The translations under genes and the position numbers were made by a program. From Fimicolochytrium jonesii (lineage: Eukaryota), in contig NW_026515671.1 of NCBI RefSeq assembly GCF_025526975.1, positions 806,001-870,000 of the forward strand: a stretch of 64,000 nt of DNA, in the 5' to 3' direction. The first letter of the stretch is position 1. Every line of letters begins with the position of its first letter. Positions 58,328 through 64,000 of this stretch are shown here, piece after piece. A model generated the notes under the pieces. It saw only the letters and a program-made list of their open reading frames with translations, was not told the DNA's origin and did not search any database.

Positions 58328-60750
58328 TCATTCGTCCTGTAAGTGGGGAAGGGATGGGAGGAAACGTCAGTTTCCACGACTTGATCAGAGCGAGAGTGAA
58401 GAGCACTCAAGTACTTACGCCGAGCAAGTCGAAAACGTTTTTGCTTTCAAGCTTCTCAACCTTCTTCTCGAGGGTCGGCAGGGGTTTGGGTGCTTTGTTG
58501 TTTCCACTTCCCGATGCAGCGCGGTCGCCATTGACACCGCCTTCACGGTGAGCAACACCACGACTATCACGGCTATCACGGCTATCACGACTATCACCAC
58601 GTCCGTCCTCACGTCCTCCACGGAACCCACCACGTCCACGCACAGATCCACCACGGCCACCACGACCGCCTCGTCCACCACGTCCCCCACGGTCCTCGGA
58701 TGATCCGGCGGGCTTGACAGGCGCCTCTCGTCTCCATGACATGGCTGCCTCAGGGCGGGACTCCGGGGCCGGCGCTCCATCCCTGAAGGAGCGGTTGTTG
58801 CGGTCAGGAGCGGAAGGGCGGGGGTCGGAGGAGCCTGTCCGCTTGGGATCGGCGGGGATCTTCTTTGGTGCGTCAGCAGCAGCAGGGGCGTCCACGGCTT
58901 TGTCCTTTGCGGGCTCGTCCTTGGCGGCGGCAGCGGACTTTTCAGCCTCCTTCTTCGCTCGCTCCTCGTCGGCCTTCTTCTTCTCCTCTACTTCCTGCTT
59001 TCGCTTGGCCTCGGCAGCCTCATCGGCTTTCCTTTTTGCTTCGGCGGCCTCCTCAGCTTTCTTCTTGGCTTCCTCCTCGGCCTTTTTCTTGGCAGCTTCC
59101 TGCTCTGCCTTCTTCTCAGCCTCCCGCTGACGGCGACGCTCCTCGACTTGTTTCATAATCTCGTTCTCGTCACGGGGCTTCGCGGCACCGAAGGGGTTTG
59201 GCTTGTGTTTTTTGGGCTCCTCCGTGGTGGTCTTTTCCTCCGAGGTTGTCTCTGCTGTGGGGCTTTTGACGGCCTCATCAGATTCGGGTTTCTTCAGATG
59301 AGCAGGGACAGGGGCCAGGTTGAGCTTTTTGCGGACCATAGGGGGTTCGGCTGGAAACAACGGACAAGAATCATCAATCCTCGTGTGGGAGGGAGCATTC
59401 AAGTTTCATTTGGGTAACTCACCACGGGCAGATTCGCGGTCTCCTCCTCGAGGGCCACCGAAGCCTTCGCGGTCTCCTCCACGAGGGCCACCAAAGCCTC
59501 CACCGCCGAAACCGCGGTCTGGCCGGTCTCCATATCGCCCGCCTCCAAAGCCACCACCGTTCGGCCTCTCGTCGCGATCACGACCGAAGCCGCCACCGAA
59601 ACCCCTGTCACCAAATTCGCGGTCTCCTCCACGACCACCTCCACGGTCGCGGTCAGTGTAGCGGTCGCTTAGTGGAGCCGGGACATTGTCCGCTCTCCTC
59701 CATGGGTTGCCCAATTCTGCGTCACGGTTTGGTCGGTCAGAATCGCCGCGAGAGTTTTTGGCTGTAAACGCGGAGAGAGATGAGGACTTCCAGGATCTGC
59801 CATTAGTTGAATGTGCTTGAGAGCAATCCACTTACGAGGCTCAGCGACGTCGATACGAATGTTGCGCCTCGAAAGGCTCTGTCCGCTCAACTTCACGGCT
59901 TCAGCCAGAGATTCACGGTCGTCAAATTCGACGTAACCGAAACCTTTGGGCTTCTTGTCCACGTCAGTAGGGAGCCTAATGTTCTTCACCTAAGAGCGCA
60001 TGTTGCAACGTGAGTTCCTGCACTCCATTCTCACTGATGCCCGAGCTATCTGCTTACTCGCAAATCGCGGAACAGCATCTCGAGGTCCTTTTCAGTGGTT
60101 TCGTAGGACAAGTTTCCAACGAAGCAGGTGTACGGAGGTCGGTCTGGGAGTGCCACCGCCGGGCGGTTGTCACGGAAGCTACCATCGCCTATTGAGATTT
60201 GGACGGCACGTCAGATTTGGTGCGCTGTACAGTCGCAGCTGTGTACGGGAACCCACCTCCAGCCTCGTATGAAGCATAGCCGCGGTTCTCTCCGGAATCT
60301 GGTTCGTCCCAAAAGTCCAAACAGTCCTCCCGTTAGCAAACGGTCCCGGTTGACTACGAAATGAACCCTACACCTACAGGTTGAAGCCGAAGCAGCGGCT
60401 ACAGAATATAACGAACGTCAACTTGTCAGTGCGCAGGTCAGTCGAGGAGAGGCCAATTGAGTGAAATACGTACGAGCGCTAGGGAGAGTCTCGACGTCGT
60501 CAGCCCAAGACGAACCAAATTCTATATGATAGTGTCAAGCGGTAACGTCAGTAAGACTGTCCATATGAATTCCCAGTCGAAGGAGCCTTTCGGCGTGCAC
60601 TCGCTCTTTCCGTGCTTCGGTTGTTGCGACCAGCACAATTATGAAGCACTTCCGAGAACGAGAGCCGTAGATCAGGTTGGACTGCGTACCGTCAGCGGCG
60701 AGGAAGTCGGTGAGCGACAGGACGACCTTTTTCTGTCCTTTCTTCGCCAT
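58328..60750 (-). CDS. TIF3: Translation initiation factor eIF4B-like RRM protein (multi-exon)
   Basis: MAKK..LSLTDFL, SSWADD, PPYTCFVGNLSY..KPKGFGYVEF..IRIDVAEP, DR/G-rich repeats, RKKLNLAP and KPNPFGAAKPRD. The final micro-exon encodes DE*. Confidence 0.9.
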
Positions 60751-60990
60751 GTTTGCGAAGTAGTTGTTGTGGTTGTTGTATGAGCAAGGAGTCTGGAGGA
60801 GACGTCCTTTTGCAAATGTCGAGTAATACGCGAGCTGCGAGTCTTCGGGGGCAGGAAGAAAAGCCTGGGTCGCTGTCAAATTACGGGGCGGCGTTCATGT
60901 CAACGGGCCACGCAGGTGACAGCGACGCCGTTTCTAACCGCTTCTTGGCCGGGCGCAAACATTTTATTTCCCCAAAAGGAAAGAGTTATG

Positions 60991-61007
60991 CACGTGGCCC
61001 TCACGTG
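60991..61007. promoter_or_regulatory. Two E-boxes (CACGTG) in the eIF4B/kinase divergent promoter
   Basis: CACGTG at 60991-60996 and 61002-61007. Confidence 0.4.
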
Positions 61008-62066
61008 GTCTGATTCGGAACCTTGGAGGTACTCACCCAGCATATTCGCCTCCATGTCGCCGCCCTACCAGTTCTGGGCATGTGCAGGCTAAACGCCGGC
61101 CACGTACATACAGTACAGTACTTTTCAATTCATACATGCCGGCTCCAAGCGAGCATTGGCCGATGAGGTTTATTAGTCCAACCCCAGGAAGAATGCATCA
61201 TGCATAAACGAAGATATGCACACGGAGTTGCTTTGAGAAGCTCCTTGTTAGAGGGGCCGCAAGGCGAAGGCTATCAATATCGTCCATTCCTTCCTTCAAA
61301 ATGCACGACCCATCATCTCTGGTGTGGAGCTTTGCAGTTCCGCACGTATGCATATAGCGTATTCGACATCGGCGATCGAAACTACCATCCAACTCTCAGG
61401 AAAATCCCCAGCCAGAATCCTAATCCGCGGTACCTCGTATTGCCCGCCAGTCACCTGAGTCAGACCCGACGCGATCTCAGTCCTCGGAGTCTCGGACACA
61501 ACGGAAACGTCTCAAGTGACAGGCGTCACGGCCAAGCAATTCATTTGGACAATCAGGCCCCCCCACGCTAATCACGGTCCTAATGTTTTGCGCCAAGATC
61601 CAAATCCCAAATCTAATGTGAGATATCCGCCCCATCAGAGACTTTTCCCGCACTGGACAAAAAATCACCTCCACCGCATTGCGCATCCCCACAACGAACC
61701 TCCGCAAAACGTTACTAACTAGCACCTGCAAGTTGGAGAAGGCGGAGCTCGGACGATAGGAGGACCGCCCACCTCGGCACGACCTTACAAAAGAACAGCC
61801 TTGCATTTGCACGTCAGCTCCGACGTTCTGCAACGACATTTCGTACGACAACACGCACCGCTACGGACGTACACGTCGACACAACAACATCGAACCCCCA
61901 GCATAGCTTGGTCGCCGACTTGGTAGAATATATATACGGAGAAGGTCTTAGACTAGGGCTTTGAAGATTTCGAGCTTCTCGAGCAACAGCGCTGGACTTC
62001 TCACCTCTCGAACGTCAGAGGCACAGACATTCGAACACTTTCCTGCCGGTGTATATACGCTAGAGA

Positions 62067-63557
62067 ATGGTGTATGCAGCAACTCTCTCGGCCCCAGGCC
62101 CACTCGGTCCTTCAGTCCTCAGCAAACACTCTCACCCACTCTCACCCAAAAAGCTGAAATCGAAACCCCAGGAGCAGGGGCAAAATGGCTTTGAGCAAGC
62201 GTGGTGGAAAGGGAAAGCTGGGCGACTTCCACCACTACTATCAGTTGCTCCAGCTGCAGACCTGGAACGGTCCCGACCAGATGCCGAGTCGATTCCGAAT
62301 CCAAATCGGCGGCACGCCGCCGGAGACTTGCACATTTCGCCCATTGCGGAGCATCCACGACGATACCAATCACACGACGCAGTTGCATCGAAATCAGACA
62401 CCCCTCCATTAGATGCCTCTCGAAATATAAATCCTCGGCTTCCAGCTTCCAGACAACAGATTCATGCAGACAAGGACGGTCGACCATTAGCGAAGAACAA
62501 TCGGACACTCTCCGAACCGCTCTTGTCACGTTTCTTCCAGGGCATGCGGGGAAAGAAATCGGTGGACCAGAGCGGATCGGCAGGCAAAGTTGCGCCTGTG
62601 CCGCATACGGAGAAGCGTCGTCTCCTGACACCAGCATCATCAGCACCTAGAATAGCAGCACAGCAACAAGCACCACCATTACCGAACGAATCTGTGGGGC
62701 CATATATCATTTTGAAGACTTTGGGGACGGGTGGCTTTTCACACGTCAAACTAGCTGTTCATATTCGGGACGGCAAGCGAGTTGCCCTCAAAATGCTCGA
62801 AAAGCCGCGGTCGGTAAAGCAAGGGCAGGCGAACGGGCACGGTCCAGAGTCCGAACAGCTTCAAACAGCGATCGATCAGGCACATCGAGAGGCGGCTCTC
62901 ATTGAGTCCCTAAAACACCCACATATCATCCGCCTTCTCACTACATTCGAGACCGAAACACATTCATGCCTGGTGCTGGAGTACATTCCAAATTCCGATC
63001 TTTACGAGCTGATGACCGCCCACCCCGCGTCTCTCACCGAGGCTTTCATCAAACGGATATTCTCCGAAATGTGCTCGGCCGTCGCGCACCTTCACCGCAA
63101 CAACATTTGCCATCGCGATATCAAGATCGAAAACATTCTCGTCGACTCCGATACCGGAGTCAAGTTGACGGATTTTGGATTAGCCACACGTTTCACACCG
63201 GGGGTCCTCTTGACGGACCGATGCGGCTCCGAGGAGTACGTCGCCCCCGAAGTCATCAAAGCGCTTCCCTACGACGGCCGCAAAACGGACGTCTGGGCTT
63301 TGGGTATCATCCTTTTTGCCCTTCTCACCGGGGAGCTACCATTCAACGTTCGACCTGGCTCGACTTTACGATCCATGTTCCACCGCATTGCGACAGGCTC
63401 CTACAAGTTCCCACCCCCTCAACCAGGCCGCCCGCCTGTAAGTGATCTCGCCAAGGATCTGATAAGAAAGATTTTGACGACGAATCCTGTCAAACGTCCC
63501 TCTGTGGAGGAGGTTCTCAGCCATCCTTGGCTGGCGCAGACGGTGACGGGTAGATAG
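62067..63557 (+). CDS. Ser/Thr protein kinase, CAMK group (Prr1/Nnk1-like); intronless
   Basis: LGTGGFSHVK, VALK, HRDIKIENIL, DFG, RCGSEEYVAPE and KTDVWALG. Confidence 0.95.
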   Translation: MVYAATLSAPGPLGPSVLSKHSHPLSPKKLKSKPQEQGQNGFEQAWWKGKAGRLPPLLSVAPAADLERSRPDAESIPNPNRRHAAGDLHISPIAEHPRRYQSHDAVASKSDTPPLDASRNINPRLPASRQQIHADKDGRPLAKNNRTLSEPLLSRFFQGMRGKKSVDQSGSAGKVAPVPHTEKRRLLTPASSAPRIAAQQQAPPLPNESVGPYIILKTLGTGGFSHVKLAVHIRDGKRVALKMLEKPRSVKQGQANGHGPESEQLQTAIDQAHREAALIESLKHPHIIRLLTTFETETHSCLVLEYIPNSDLYELMTAHPASLTEAFIKRIFSEMCSAVAHLHRNNICHRDIKIENILVDSDTGVKLTDFGLATRFTPGVLLTDRCGSEEYVAPEVIKALPYDGRKTDVWALGIILFALLTGELPFNVRPGSTLRSMFHRIATGSYKFPPPQPGRPPVSDLAKDLIRKILTTNPVKRPSVEEVLSHPWLAQTVTGR

Positions 63558-64000
63558 TCGTCGCCATCATTATACATACTTTATGGGGCGGGAAATTTTG
63601 TTACTCCATTCCCGAATTCCATATCATTGTACAGGTGTACTCCTTTTTCATGGAGATAATAATCGATGCGCCGTCGCGACTCCACGCTCCAAAAGAAATG
63701 GGCAGCGGGTAGCTCTGGAGTTTTTGGGTTCACATTGGCTATCGTAGCTTTTTGCGGAGTCTCCGCGTGACGGTATACGTGTGTTGTTTCAAACAGAGTT
63801 CTTAGGATCGAGACATGACTCTAATCACCCGCTAATGATAAGCGTGACTAGTCATCGCATCACGCAATCAAAAGGATAAACACCTACGTGTCACTTTCGG
63901 TGGAGAGATATCCCCGGCTTCTGCCAAGAGGCGACCGACACATACTGTATGTAAAATATCTTCAACTTCACTGCCCCCCGCCGCCGTTGACCGGTCCCCC

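Noticed and set aside
61880..61930. GGTTCGA on the minus strand as a possible tRNA T-loop
   Set aside because: The flanks do not pair into a T-stem and no cloverleaf forms.

Overview
Gene-dense, intron-rich eukaryotic DNA with short GT-AG introns, most consistent with a zoosporic (chytrid-type) fungus. Fungal markers (Zn2Cys6 factor, Avt3/4 transporter, PA/Fn3 subtilase) co-occur with flagellar genes (CEP104, ROPN1L/RSP11) and a SCAR/WAVE subunit (BRK1). I can support about 28 protein genes plus one frameshifted PaiB-family pseudogene: CEP104 (partial), BRK1, AP-3 mu, AVT3/4, ATG3, a Pro-rich membrane protein, a bacterial-type cytidylate kinase, an alpha/beta hydrolase, a C2H2 factor, glutaredoxin, HEI10, RsmH/METTL15, a Zn2Cys6 factor, three orphan secreted proteins, RPL16, a subtilase, two coiled-coil proteins, a 2OG-Fe(II) oxygenase-like protein, ROPN1L, VPS2, CHIP, MPG1, eIF4B and a CAMK-group kinase. 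I saw no tRNA, rRNA, CRISPR array or transposase. The best leads are: (1) a divergent spliced BRK1 with an acidic tail, whose conserved part is absent from the ORF track; (2) a large coiled-coil protein with synaptonemal transverse-filament architecture, with HEI10 in the same window; (3) an intronless bacterial-type Cmk with a presequence, a second start and a 78-aa insert; (4) a glutaredoxin with an extra N-terminal CEDGVC motif; (5) a 2OG oxygenase with HxD changed to YRD beside the PaiB pseudogene; (6) a secreted TxTxT-repeat protein; (7) a TACAGTA motif in most intergenic regions; (8) a 28-bp inverted repeat. All calls come from motif recognition and manual splicing. No database search was run. 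Multi-exon genes are given as start-to-stop spans.
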